A stretch of 64,000 bases of DNA from the human T2T-CHM13v2.0 reference genome, Homo sapiens. The stretch is taken from the NCBI RefSeq assembly GCF_009914755.1, contig NC_060947.1, one strand, 5' to 3'. The stretch's first letter is position 1; each line of letters opens with the position of its first letter. A program made the position numbers and the translations under genes. The notes beneath the pieces are model-generated. The model was given only the letters and a program-made list of their open reading frames with translations, was not told where the DNA came from and did not search any database. Shown here one piece after another: positions 38,850 through 51,585 of this stretch.

Positions 38850-39222
38850 CACACTTCATGTTGCATAACAAATCTTCCCAAAACATGATGGCTTATAACA
38901 ACTGTTTATTATGGCTCTTAAGTGTTTGGTCAGGCAGTGGTTCTGCTGATCTTGGCTGGGCTTGCTTATGCATCTGCAGTCAGCTACCTGGGCAGTAGAT
39001 GTAGGATGGCCTCATCTGGGGTGACTCTACTGCATGTAGGCCCTCCTCCACATATCTCTTACATCCCTCCAGCAGGCTAGCTCAGACATTTTGCCTTGTA
39101 GAGGGAGGAATGCAAGAACAAGCAATAGGACAAGAAAAAATACACAAGTACTTTTTAAGCCCACTACATCCTGCTTTCTCAAAGTCAAGGGAAGAATTGG
39201 GATGATCATTGCATCATCTACC
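38850..39222 (-). mobile_element. MLT1 LTR inserted in a MIR
   Basis: GTTGCATAACAAAT..GGCTTATAACAAC..GGTTCTGCTGATCTTGGCTGGGCT..CCAGCAGGCTAGCTCAGACAT. Confidence 0.75.
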
Positions 39223-39249
39223 ACAGAGGTTAAGTAACTTATTCTTTTA

Positions 39250-40800
39250 GTTAGGATTTCGGTTAGACTGTGTGTAATAGAAGTCCAAAGTAACAGTGGA
39301 ATATTACTACACCATATAGTAGTCCACAGGTAGGCAGTCCAGTCTTATATGCTTGCTGTGCTCGACAAATCCTCCAGGTGCCTGGGCCCTTTTTGTCTCA
39401 TTGCTCCGCCTTGCTCTCAAGTGGTGTTCTCATCTGCATGGCCTAAGATTGGCCATAACTCCAACAATGTTCCAAAGCGAAGATGGAGATCAGGGAGGTA
39501 ATAAAAGCATGCACCTCGTCTTCCTTAAGAACATGAGTAGAAATCTCAGAATTTCCACTTCTGGTGATGTGAACTAGGTAATAAGGACCAATCCTCCCAG
39601 TAAATGCAGCTTAAAAAGCTATTTGGATTATTTTTAAAATCTTCTAAAAAGATCAAAGAGCTAATAAGATACTAAGCAATTATTGGGCTGACATCTTAGA
39701 CAGGCTGGGAACCCAGAAAAAAATGAGCAAAGACTTGAAACTGCCTTTGCCTTAAGGGCATCTTCAGCTGAGATGTTTAGCTGTCTTCTGGTGACCCCAA
39801 GGGATTAGGGGAATAAATATATAAATGCTCTTTAGGCTGGAATCCAAAGGACTGTGCCCTAGAAGTAAAGGTAAATGGAAAGTAAACTAACTCTTGCATC
39901 ACCTGAAGCCCTGCTTTGTAAAAACCTGATTTTCCATCAGAAAATCTCAAATCTGAAACGTGGATCAAGATGGTACTAAACTGCAAGCACTGGTCTCAGA
40001 CACTTAACAGACATGAACATAACTAAGAAAATGTCACCTTAGTCTTCAAATTATTTCTATAAATAATATTTCTAATATTATGTCCAGGACACAATCAAAG
40101 GCAACTGGACACACAAGTAGACAAGACCATATAAGCAAGAACCAACAAAAACAACAGACAATAGAAATACACCTGCAGACTATAATGATTGGAATAGTCA
40201 GATACAGACTGCAAAACAACAAAGATCACCATGTTGTAGAATATAAAAACAAATTTTAAGTAAATTGGCAGGGAACTGGAAAATATAAAAATCAACACAG
40301 CAATTTTGTAAAAGTGCCAAATAGAAACTTTAGATCTGAAAAATATAACAATAGAAAATAACAAAATTAACAGCAGATTCAGAGTAAGCTAAAAGAAATA
40401 GTTCAAAATGAAGCACAGAAAGCCAAATAATAAAATATTTAGAATGGCAGGGAGACAGAGATAGTGATAAAGTTTAATATCTGTTTAATTGGAATCTCAG
40501 AAATAGAAAAGAGAAAGAGAGATTGGGAGATAAGAAATTCTGAAGAGATGAAGGCTGAGAAGTTTTCAGAAATGATGAAAGACATTAATACACAGAAGCC
40601 ACTGGATCCCAAGCAAGTTAAAAAAAAATCCACATATAAATACACCCTAGTAAATATCAGAAAAAATTAATAAATCATATTACTTTTGTTGTAATTGGCC
40701 AGATCTTGGTCATATAGGTACAGCTACCTGCAGGAGAAGTTGGGAAATGTAGTTTTTATTCTATGATTTATTCAGAGCTATATGCGCCAACAAATATTGA
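39250..40800 (-). mobile_element. MLT1 LTR split by an L1M/HAL1-type 5' fragment
   Basis: TAGTTAGGAT..GGTAGGCAGTCCAG before the insert; ATTGGCCAGATCTTGGTCATAT..CTGCAGGAGAAGTTGGGAAATGTAGT after it. Confidence 0.6.
39550..40670 (+). mobile_element. L1M/HAL1-like 5'UTR and ORF1 fragment
   Basis: Starts CACTTCTGGT; ORF 40464..40670 FNICLIGISE..EEMKAEKFSEMMKDIN..KKKSTYK resembles the L1 ORF1p RRM region. Confidence 0.75.
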
Positions 40801-41464
40801 GAATGTTATTACCGTAAGTGAGAAGTGAAGCAGTGACATTGACATTGATAACTTTCTAAGGTCACACAACTAATAAGTGGCAGATTGGATATTTGAGTCA
40901 TCATGGCCTGACTCCACAGCTTGTGCTGTCAGCCACTATGCTATACGTGTGTGTAGAAGACTATGTGTGGTCCAAGGTTCAAGTTTTCAACCATTGATCA
41001 GAAATTACCATAGTGTATTGATTAAGCAAAAAGTTTATATAAAGCACATTAGCAACAAGATAACCACACCAGGGTCATAAAAACACTAGCTCATGCTAGT
41101 AGAAAGCTATTTCTTCTCAAACATTTTAATGTTGTTTGTGGTCATTAAGAATACACTACTACCAATCACGCAAGGTCTGAAAGTGCACAATAGGCTGGAA
41201 ACATGCCAATTTCAGGAGGGTTAAATTTGCATTGATAACTTTAGGCATCTGACTAATTTCTATGGGTGCAATGAACAAGCTTTTAGTCTCTTCACAAGTT
41301 AACTTTTTAGGCTGCAAAATGAAAGTTCCAAGAATGAAAGTAGTAGGAGAAGGGATGAAAAATTGATTCTTGTCTTTCAACATCTAAAGTCTTTTTTTTT
41401 TTCCCAAATGTGACCTCAGGTGCATACCAAATACAATTGGGCATTTTGTTAAGTAACTCTAAGC

Positions 41465-41699
41465 CAGGGCCCATAGAAAACCTATGGCCCATGGGCCAAA
41501 TCCCTCTTGCCATCTATTAATATTTTTGTTAATAAGGTTTTATTGGTGCACAACCACAGGTCTTCATTTATATATTTTCTATGTCTTCTTTTGCCCTAAA
41601 GTGGAAGAATTGAGAAATTGTGACAGAAACCACATGACTTACGAAACCTAAAGTACTGACTTTCTGGTCCTTCTCAGAAAAAAAGTTGGCTGATCCCTG
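41465..41699. mobile_element. MER58A MITE
   Basis: TATGGCCCATGGGCCAAATCC..AATAAGGTTTTATTGG..GTTGGCTGATCCCTG; perfect TSD CTCTAAGC. Confidence 0.9.
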
Positions 41700-44689
41700 C
41701 TCTAAGCCAATGGTGATTTCAGCATACTGGGGAAGATAAATTCATCTTCATATTCAGCCTCATTATGAAGGAATATATGAGGTCTCTTATCTCCTCTTGG
41801 CCTTCTTTATTTTCAGGTGGGATATTTTTTAGTATGTGAAACCACCTCATGTTTAGTGAACCCCATGAGTTGAACTTGACAATTTTGGATGTGGTATTTA
41901 ATAAACAAGCATTTAATAAACTCTCAGTTTCTAGTTTGCTTACTTTTTATTGAATTAAATCATTTTCAGATTGAATTTGGTCAAGCAGCTTGATAAGTGT
42001 AGGCAAAACAAAACTTTCCTATACAACAAAAACTCGGTCCCCTAAAAGGTCTTTTGGTATAGGTTTCTCAAAAGAAAGGGTGTCGTTTTCTCTGCAAGGG
42101 ATGATTGAACACCAAAGATATGTTTTTCTAAGGTCAGACCATAAGGAATCATAAAATCAATATTTCTAACATTTATGGATTTGATCTCATTAGTTTTTGG
42201 CAATACATGACTTCTTGATTTTTGAAAGAGGTTTACAAAATGGTGCAGAAAGCTTCTGGGACATGAATAAAATATAGATTTTTTTATAATTTTAGTGTAA
42301 ACAAATTCCAAACATATGGATTAGATTTCCTTTTAAAAATAAAGCGTTTTAGTATTTAATGGGAAAAGCGATTTGCAAAATATGCTTTGGATTTTGTCAA
42401 AACCAAATCATTCAAAATGTGCAATTAACTCTAAATGAAACCAAATTCAACTGTCCCTGGTTTAAATGACTGAAAAAGACATCTCTCATTGCTGTTCATG
42501 CCTTTTGGTTCCCAAGTCTTGAAAGGGAAGTCAGAATGTGCTGTGAAATGTACTGTTCTCCATAAAGTCATGCAGCAAAATGTAGTTTTGCAGAAAGTGT
42601 TTCCCAGGGGAATATGTGCGACCTTCTCAAGTGTAAATCTATTTTGACTAGTTATGATGCTTAAGAAGAATTATAGAGAGGAACTGACGTGTTTCCTGGT
42701 ATGGAATCAAGTCGTTAATTTCCACTGGCTATGAAATACTTATTTTTGTCCTGAGAACTAAATAATCTGACAAAAGCCTTCTACATGTTAATGACCTTTT
42801 GTATTTGTAATGAGAGCAGTACAGTGGTAATAAATGCACTGTTAAAAAATACATTAGGTTTTTTAAGGTTTTCTCTTAGATCACATTCATTTGCAGAAAC
42901 AAACATTGCTGTTTTAAAACCAAGTGGGACTGACTAACTGATTGTTAGGATTATACACCAAGGAGTACTTTCCTAGTTGCAATTTGCAGTTTTTCTCAGT
43001 CGTAGAAATCAAACTGATAGTGGAGTAGGCACAAACCCAGACTGGGAGCCTTGTATCAATGAGTCTGTGCTCTGCTCTTAACATAATACATGGGCCTCCT
43101 TAGTGGAAACATAACATTATGAATTAGGAGTGTTTTGGAATATGCAAGTAATTCTCATGCGAATTTAAATTTTAAATGAAAGTTATGGTAGGAGAAGATC
43201 TATAAGCCATTTGCAAAGAATTGAAGATGGTAATAAAATTGAAGAGTACATTATAGTGATGCAAATAAATTTTTAGTTCTGGCAGAACAGGGAAACAAAA
43301 GGGCATTATTTAAATATTGAAATCTAGGAGCATAATTAGAACAGATGCAAGCCCACTATATACACAGAAGAAAAAACAATATAAATAAATACTCGTGAGA
43401 GAGAGGAGGAAAATGATAGAAAAATAAAAAGAGGGAAATAAATGAACACTGCTTGTTTCCCTGCCAGCCTTGTATAACATATTAAAGCATTCATTTTATT
43501 GTCTCTCAAAGCATTTCATTTTTCAAAGAACCATCCAGGAAAGGGGAATTTTATATTTTTGTATCAATTTCTCCAACTCTTTCATGCCACAAAAAGGGCA
43601 CAGTAATAGCGAAACATGTAAATCTGGCATCTCAAAGGTCAACTTCTTTCATGTTTCAATAACATTCTTATTGTATTAGCACTTTTAGATTAGCACTTTT
43701 AACACTTCTTCATGCTAGATGTCAATTTTTAAATTGCATGTTTCTTACAAACATCACCCAAGTCCATTTATATTTAGGTTTTATATTTTCAGTTCTCACC
43801 CAAACTGATCTAAATGCAAAACGTACACTCTTGACAGAGCAAGGGGCAATCATCACCACTGTTCCTTGTGAATCAAAAGCTTTTGCAGTTCAAGGGATTG
43901 GTCCCAGCAGTCACATCATTATTTCTTGAGTTGCCCATTATGTGGTTAAAATTTACATAAATATTAGGCATACTCAGTCCCTTCCCTGTGGCTTTTCCAG
44001 AAGGACCACATTCCTGTATATTTATAAGCAGCTTTCAAAGCTTCTTGTTATAACTTGCAGAAAAGAGAAAGTCAGAAATATAAAGAAGTCTTAGATTTAT
44101 ATAGATCAGTGCTGTGTTAACAGAATCTTAGGAAGATTTCATAAGTTCATAACCGAACTCTAGAAGGCAGTTGGGATGACAGTAGCCTTCTGTATCTCTC
44201 TTTCTGGAAAATATTGTAGATTTTCCCCCTCTCTGGTCATTATATACTTCTTCCCCTCTGCCTTTACTTTTGGGAGTTACTTTCCCTCCTGATATTATCT
44301 GGCACATGACACCTTGCCACCTTCCATCAGAGCTCTCTACTTCTCTAACGTTGTCTCTTAAACTTCCCTCTTGGTTTCCCTCTGTTTTCATTTTATCAGG
44401 ACTCACTGCTTATTTCTGCTGCCTAGTTTATTCCCCCATTTCTGCTGCTTGCAGGGTTATCAACAAAAAATTTCACTAAACTGCTTCCATTTCTTCTTGG
44501 GCCAATGGGAAGCCTCTTGCATGGAGCAGGCCATGGGCTGATGTCTGCATGACAGATTTGTGGTCATGGTGCTGTAGCCCCTTCCAGACCTGGCCTCTTG
44601 AAAGTCCCACAACATCTTCTACCTCCACCCTCCCTTCATGTAGAGACCAGTCAGAGAGGATTCAGCAGTGTGGCTCAAGGCTCTCCAGG

Positions 44690-44870
44690 ATTCTGAGGAT
44701 GTAGAGGTTAGTGGAACCACAAAATAGAAGGAGCCTGGTTGAAAGAGATCTGGCCAGGAGAGCTATGTGATGAGGACATCTGCACTGGACTCTGTGTCTG
44801 CACAAAAACCTTCACTGTGTTAAGCCACTGAGATTTCAGGCTGTTTGTTCTAACAGTTTGCTGCACTATC
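44690..44870 (+). mobile_element. MLT1 LTR 3' fragment
   Basis: CACAAAATAGAAGGAGCCTGG..CTGTGTTAAGCCACTGAGATTTCAGGCTGTTTGTT. Confidence 0.65.
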
Positions 44871-45234
44871 ACAGTCATCTCTCTATGACTTTCAAGACCC
44901 CTCTCAATAATCATCTCCTCCATGGAGGCTTCCTTCCTATGGGCTTCCAGAGCACCTTGCTTTACTATAAGGGTACACAGTTTTTTCAATCCTATGAGTT
45001 GAAACAAATATTTTACCTCTTGCTCTCCTACCTTGAAGATAGCAACTTTGTATTCTAGCGCTCACTGCTGTGTCTGGCACAGAACAAAAAGATGCTCAAC
45101 AAATCTCAATGGATTTCCTCCCTTCCTGAAAAGAATGCATCACACATGGGAGAATTTCAGGCCCTGTAGCCCTTGGGGATGGAGGGGGTTTGGGTGATAA
45201 TTGAAGGTGTGTGTGTATGTGGTGGGGTGGTCAG

Positions 45235-45236
<2 letters not shown>

Positions 45237-45280
<44 letters not shown>
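45237..45280. repeat. (GT)22 microsatellite
   Basis: Perfect run flanked by duplicated TGGGGTGGTCAGCC. Confidence 0.97.
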
Positions 45281-45282
<2 letters not shown>

Positions 45283-45667
45283 TGGGGTGGTCAGCCATGT
45301 GTCCCTCAACATAATCACCTTCTCTGTTTATTACACAAGGAATACTTTGTCATCATTCACTTTCTAGGGAGTATGAAGGCAAGTTTATATAATAGAATGA
45401 CTGTGCTTACATAATAATTCATTCAACAAGTATTTATCTTTGCTCAGACACTGTTCTTGATACTAAGGGAAAAGGAGTGAAGATGACAGACTAGATCCCT
45501 GTCCTCTAGGGCTGGCTTCCTGGGTAAACAACTCAATGGTGAGATTTTACTATGATTATGAGGTTTTGCTCCCATTTCTGCAAATCCTTGCCCACCCCAT
45601 TTGTTTCTCAGGTATGTGTTTCCATTCTGTTCTTGCTCTAGATTCCTTGGTTTCTCTCCCTTTGGAT

Positions 45668-45800
45668 GGGAATTCTTAACTGAGGCAATATGACCCAACA
45701 GGAAACATTTGGCAATGATTAGAGACACTTTTGGTTGTAGCGAGTGAGGAAAGGGGTGCTTCTGGATGCTGCTACACTTCTTACAAAGCATGGGGCATCC
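45668..45800 (-). mobile_element. MER20 fragment
   Basis: ACATTTGGCAATG..GAGACACTTTTGGTTGT..GGATGCTGCTA. Confidence 0.65.
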
Positions 45801-46025
45801 CCTCTGCCTGTTCCAGTCCCTTCAGCCTGGAGGAGGGCCAGGGCTCTTCACCACTGACTGGAAAGTCATCCTTTGGGTTCTAAAGAACTGCCTTCTAGGC
45901 AGTGCCACCAACAAGACCATTCCCTTCTGGGCAGCCAAATAATGATTTCTTTTTATGGTGCTTCTTGATTCTTTAATATACACCTTAGCCCAGCAGCAAA
46001 GGATAGGACCACGTATGAGTTATAC

Positions 46026-46491
46026 TGTCTTAGTCTGTTTTGTGTTGCTATAAAAGAATATCTGAGACTGGGTTATTTATAAAGAAAAGAGGTTTATTTA
46101 GCTCACAATTCCACATACTGAGAAGTTCAAGGACGTGGCTCTGGCTTCTGGTGAGGGCTTTGTTTTTTTTTTTTTTTGCAGTGTCACAACATGACAGAGA
46201 AGGTCAAAAAGGAAGTAGACATGTACAAAGAGGGGAAAACCTGATGGGCATCCTGGCTTTATGATGACCCATTGTCCTGGTAATTAGTTCACACCCATGA
46301 GAACTAATCTAGCCTTAGGAGAATGAAAGCTCACTCACCATTTTGAGACTGGCACCAAGCCATTCACGAGGGATCCACCCCTATGACCCAAATACTTCCC
46401 ATGAGGCCCAGCTTCCAATGCCACTACACTGGGGATCAAATTTTAACATGACTTTTAGTGGGGACAAACAAACCATATCCAAACTATAGCA
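46026..46491 (-). mobile_element. MST (MSTB-like) solo LTR
   Basis: TGTCTTAGTCTGTTTTGTGTTGCTATAAA...CCATATCCAAACTATAGCA; perfect 5-bp TSD TATAC. Confidence 0.93.
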
Positions 46492-46633
46492 TATACTTAA
46501 CCCTCCATCCTAGTTCACAACATCTAGAACAGTAGACCTTTGGGTACCCATTTCTAGACAGAAAGCCAATCACAAACACACAGAGAGGGTGGCAAGAAAA
46601 AGTATTCACTTTTTAAATGAGTGGCTTTGTAGT

Positions 46634-46893
46634 TAAGGTTATAAGATAAAATGCAGACCCCCACTTAAATTTGTATTTCACGTAAACAATAAATAGTTTT
46701 CTAGTGTATGTCCCATTTAATTGTAGGATGCTAGCAATGCCATAAGGCAATACTTGAGACATATGTTGTAAGTTATTCATTATTAGAAATTATTATCCAT
46801 TATTAGAAATTCAAATTTACCTGGACATCCTGTTTTTGTTGTTGTCATTTCTGAGTGTGTGGTTTTGTTTCTTGGCTAAATCTGGCAACTCTA
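46634..46893. mobile_element. MER53 palindromic hAT MITE, diverged and with small insertions
   Basis: AGATAAAATGCAG..TTAAATTTGTATTTC..TAAACAA..GTATGTCCCA / GACATA..GAAATTCAAATTTA.CTGG.CATCCTG..GCTAAATCTGGCAACTCTA. Confidence 0.8.
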
Positions 46894-47427
46894 TTTTCCA
46901 TACATTCAAGGTAGCATCAGATATGCATCTCTGAGTTCCTTCTCCCTCTGGTGGCTCCTTCCCACTTTTCTCTTCCTTGCCTGTGACTTTCTCACCCCTC
47001 CTTTGAAGACAAGTGCAAACTGTTTCCTTGCATCACTCTCGGACACTCCCCTGAGTAACTTACACATTTTTAAAAAACTCTTTCCACCAAAAGTAGATAA
47101 GAATGAGGAGTGGTTGTGAGGTAGGCATTGGAAACCTCATTCTGAAAAACACTACATTAGGAAAATGAAATGGATTGAAACTGAAAGCAAACATGTTACT
47201 ATTTGAATCAAAGCTGATTCTTAGAAAGTTCTGTTCTACAACAAATATGAATAAGAAAATAATTGAATTCTTCATACCATTCCTTTGTATATAAAACTGT
47301 CCTTGGGCATGCAGTATCTGATTTAATTTACTAATTGAATTATATAATTTCTCAAAAATATGCACTCAAAGAAATAAGTGTGGACGAAAAGATGGGAAAA
47401 GGAAATCTGGGGAAAGTAAAAATTTTT

Positions 47428-48679
47428 TTTTCCATTTTCTTTTTTTTAATGTTAATATTATTATACTTTAACTTTTAGGGTACATGTGCACAACGTGCAG
47501 GTTTGTTACATATGTATACATGTGCCATGTTTGTGTGCTGCACCCATTAACTCGTCATTTAGCATTAGGTATATCTCCTAATGCTATTCCTCCCCCCTCC
47601 CCCTACCCCACAACAGTCCCCAGTGTGTGATGTTCCCCTTCCTGTGTCCATGTGTCTCATTGTTCACTTCCCACCTATGAATGAGAACATGTGGTGTTTG
47701 GTTTTTTGTCCTTGTGATAGTTTACTGAGAATGATGATGTCCAGTTTCATCCATGTCCCTACAAAGGACATGAACTCATCATTTTTTATGGCTGCATAGT
47801 ATTCCATGGTGTATATGTGCCACATTTTCTTAATCCAGTCTATCGTTCTTGGACATTTAGGTTGGTTCCAAGTCTTTGCTATTGTGAATAGTGCCGCAAT
47901 AAACATACGTGTGCATGTGTCTTTATAGCAGCATGATTTATATTCCTTTGAGTATACACCCAGTAATGGGATGGCTGGGTCAAATGGTATTTCTAGTTCT
48001 AGATCCCTGAGGAATCACCACATTGACTTCCACAATGGTTGAACTAGTTTACAGTCCCACCAACAGTGTAAAAGTGTTCCTGTTTCTCCACATCCTCTCC
48101 AGCACCTGTTGTTTCCTGACTTTTGAATGATCGCCATTCTAACTGGTGTGAGATGGTATCTCATTGTGGTTTTGATTTGCGTTTCTCTGATGGCCAGTGA
48201 TGATGAGCATTTTTTCATGTGTCTTTTGGCTGCATAAATGTCTTCTTTTGAGAAGTGTCTGTTCATATCCTTGGCCCACTTTTTGATGGGGTTGTTTGTT
48301 TTTTTTCTTGTAAATTTGTTGGAGTTCATTGTAGATTCTGGATATTAGCCCTTTGTCAGATGAGTAGGTCGCAAAACTGTTCTCACATTCTGTAGGTTGC
48401 CTTTTCACTCTGATGGTAGTTTCTTTTGCTGTGCAGAAGCTCTTGAGTTTAATTAGATCCCATTTGTCAATTTTGGCTTTTGTTGCCATTGCTTTTGGTG
48501 TTTTAGATATGAAGTCCTTACCCATGGCTATGTCCTGAATGGTATCGCCTAGGTTTTCTTCTAGGGTTTTTATGGTTTTAGGTCTAACATTAATAAATGG
48601 TGCTGGAAAAACTGGCTAGCCATATGTAGAAAGCTGAAACTGGATCCCTTCCTTACACCTTTTACAAAAATTAATTCAA
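47428..48679 (-). mobile_element. L1PA (L1PA3/4-like), 5'-truncated with 5' inversion
   Basis: Minus-strand 3'UTR/ORF2 to 48591, plus-strand ORF2 segment 48590-48681; 16-bp TSD GAAAGTAAAAATTTTT (47412-47427, 48680-48695). Confidence 0.97.
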
Positions 48680-49029
48680 GAAAGTAAAAATTTTTATAGC
48701 AAAAAAGAAGTCTTGAGCAGTAGATGCCACAAAGAAAGCTTGGTACTGTACTTGAAGGGAATTATTTGTAAGAAGTATAAAATGAATTTAGAGGAATCTG
48801 CAATGTTTTTCTTTCAAATGAATGTAAATAGGTCATTGCATTCAATAAATGTTTGTTGAACTGAATTAAAGAGTCTCCATCTTCAAGGAGGATTAAAAAA
48901 AGAAATTTCAACAAAACTTTAAGGAACATTAAAAGAGGAAAAAAAATACAGGTGGGAAAATTAAATTATAAGACTTGTGCAACCCCTGTAACTAGACAAT
49001 AATGTCCTTACAAATGAACTGTAGCAGAT

Positions 49030-49360
49030 ATAATACCGGCAATAGGGGAGGGTATCTTTGAATAGGTACAAGCAATTAGTATTAGATGTTGAGAATAAAA
49101 AGAGATTGGAGGGAAGCTGCCAAGCATGTCTTCATGAAAGATTTGGGACTAGAATTGAGCCTAGAAGGATGGACAAGAAGAAGAAGAAGGGCATTTTGGA
49201 TAAGAAAGCCACACTTGCAGTGGGACAAAGATGGGATTTTGCTACAGTGGTGAGACTAGGCAAATTGTCATGGGCGGTTTAGACAAGAGAACAATCAGGT
49301 GAAATTTAAAGATAGATAAGGGGCAGACTGTGAATGGACTAGATCCCAAGGCTAAAACTT
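49030..49360 (-). mobile_element. L2 fragment
   Basis: CTTCATGAAAGA..AATTGAGCCTAGAAGGATGG..GGGCATTTTGG..GGGCAGACTGTG..CCAAGGCTAA. Confidence 0.5.
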
Positions 49361-50751
49361 AGGGCTACTTATCACTTAAATACAGATTCAGACCAGGTTG
49401 GAATGTTTGACACCCACTGAAAAAAACCCAATTTTTTAAAAACAAATGATTTCCTCAAATCAGTCCCAGATAAGATGGGAAACAAGATGATATGGGATTT
49501 GGGGGAAATCTAGAGAGGCAGAATTGGCTTGTTAATGGCAGCTGTTTCAACAATTAGAATTAAGTTCAGCACAATGATTCAATTTAGTTTAAGAAAATCA
49601 TGTCTTACATTTCATCTTTCAATAGTTTCCACTCCTCCAGTGAGCCAGGAGAGTTTGGTTTTGGTATAAATCACTGCCAATCTTGTTTAGTCAACATTAA
49701 GACAACAAACCAGAAGGAGAATGGCCACTCTTGCTCTCCTGATAAAATAATCAAGTGACTAATGACTTAATCCCAAGCAACTGGAAGAAGGAGGACACAG
49801 CTGACTCATCCATTGAAACTGGTAATTTTTATTGTTGGGCTAAACCTTCTTTCCCAAATAGGTCAACATTTTGAAATCTCATTAAAACAAACAAAATCCC
49901 TCTTTCAGTTAACTCCATCTCTCTGAAAGTTTTGTTTTATAAAAAGGCTGTTTTATTGTACAGGTGGATTTTATTCTATAGATGCTTGCTCTGGAGCAGA
50001 GGAACCCCTGTCTCTTTGTTGTCTGTTAGAGACAAAGGACCGCTGCTGACACAGTGATCTATGATGCAGCAATGGATTAGAGCCGGTATTCTCTAGTCAC
50101 AGGTGTTTTCACAGAGACAAGGTTTTTGGTCTAAAAGCATCTTTGTTCTCAGATTTACCTTCTGGGTTCCTTTAAAGAAAACCTGCTTTATGAAACAAAA
50201 GCAAAGACATTGGCAGATAAGGGTCTGATACCATCTTCAGAACCATGAAATGACTAGAGTAGGAAAAATGGGATACATTATTTTGATCGTCACCGAAGGA
50301 TTTGAGCTTTGGCTAAGAGTTCTTTGTCTACTTTTTTGGGTGAATTTGGGGAAAACCAAAGTCCCTTGGTTCTTGTATTTCCATTACTGTTGGAAATGTT
50401 CAGATGCAAAGGCTCATTCTCTCAGATAAATGATAGAATGGCTTTAGGGGGCCAAGCCCCATGTGCTGAGCTGCAGGCAAGGGTGGAGCTGAGGAATCAA
50501 TGACAGATGATTCTGTCAATAAAGTTCAAGACAGTGTGGCATTCTTTTTGTGGTGGACTCAATTTATTAATAGAACTTTTTGTTGTTTTGTTGTTGGTGG
50601 TGGTGTTCCTGGGGATGGAATGAAATTTAGAGCTCTGTTTGAAAAAGTTGTCTTCAACTTGCTCAAAAATAGATCAGGAAGATTAAGAAGAGAAACAGAA
50701 TGTAAATCTACACATACAAAGAGCAATAAAAATGAAACCAGTCATCTTTTC

Positions 50752-51585
50752 TGTGATATTGTGAAATACACATTTGGTCTTTGTTTTGTTTCCTTACGTA
50801 CAACTCTTAAAACCCTAAAAATCTCCAGAGTGATGAGTGTCTTTTGTAGGCTAATTAGATGACTGATGGCCGGGGTCCCCTAAATAGCTTCAGGCTGGGG
50901 GCTGGTCACAGGAAAGGTCAGCATGACTGGAGGGTTGGAACTTTCAGCCCCACCCCTCAACCTGGGAGGATGTAGGAGCAATAGGAGGGAGAGGGGCTGA
51001 AATTGAGTTGATTACCAATGCCCAACGATTTAATCAATCATGCCAACATAATAAAGCTTCCATAAAAATCCAAAAGGACTGGCTCAGGCAGGGTAAGTGA
51101 ACACATCTGCATGCTGGGAGGGTGGCACACCCCGGCTCCATGGGGACAGAACCCTTTCAGACCTTGCCGTATGTATCTCTTCATCTGACTATTCGTCTGT
51201 GTCCTTTATTAATAAACTGGTAAATGTAACTAGTAGTTTCTCGAGTTCTGTGAGCTGTTCTAGCAAATTAATCAAGCCCAAGGAAGGGGTTATGGGAGCC
51301 TCCATTTATAGCTGGTAGGTCAAAAGTCCAGGCTACAACCTGTGTGTGCTACTGGCATCTGAAGTGGGGCACAATCTTGTGGGACTGTGGGATCTGATGC
51401 TATCTCTAGGTAGATCATGTCGAAATTGAATCAAATTAGAGGATACCTAACTGGTGTCCATTGGAGATTTGGCTGAAAAATTGCTTTGAGTGTGGGGTAA
51501 AAAAACCCCATACTTCTGGTGTCAGAAGTGCTGAGTGACTATGTGAGAGTGGAGAGAGGGAAGAACGCTTTGTTTTTTCCTATAT
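50752..51585 (+). mobile_element. MER21 (MER21B-like) solo LTR
   Basis: TGTGATATTGTGAAATA..AATCTCCAGAGTGAT..GGGTTGGAACTTTCAGCCCCACCC..GATTTAATCAATCATGCC..GAGTTCTGTGAGCTG..CTAGCAAATTAATC. Confidence 0.9.
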
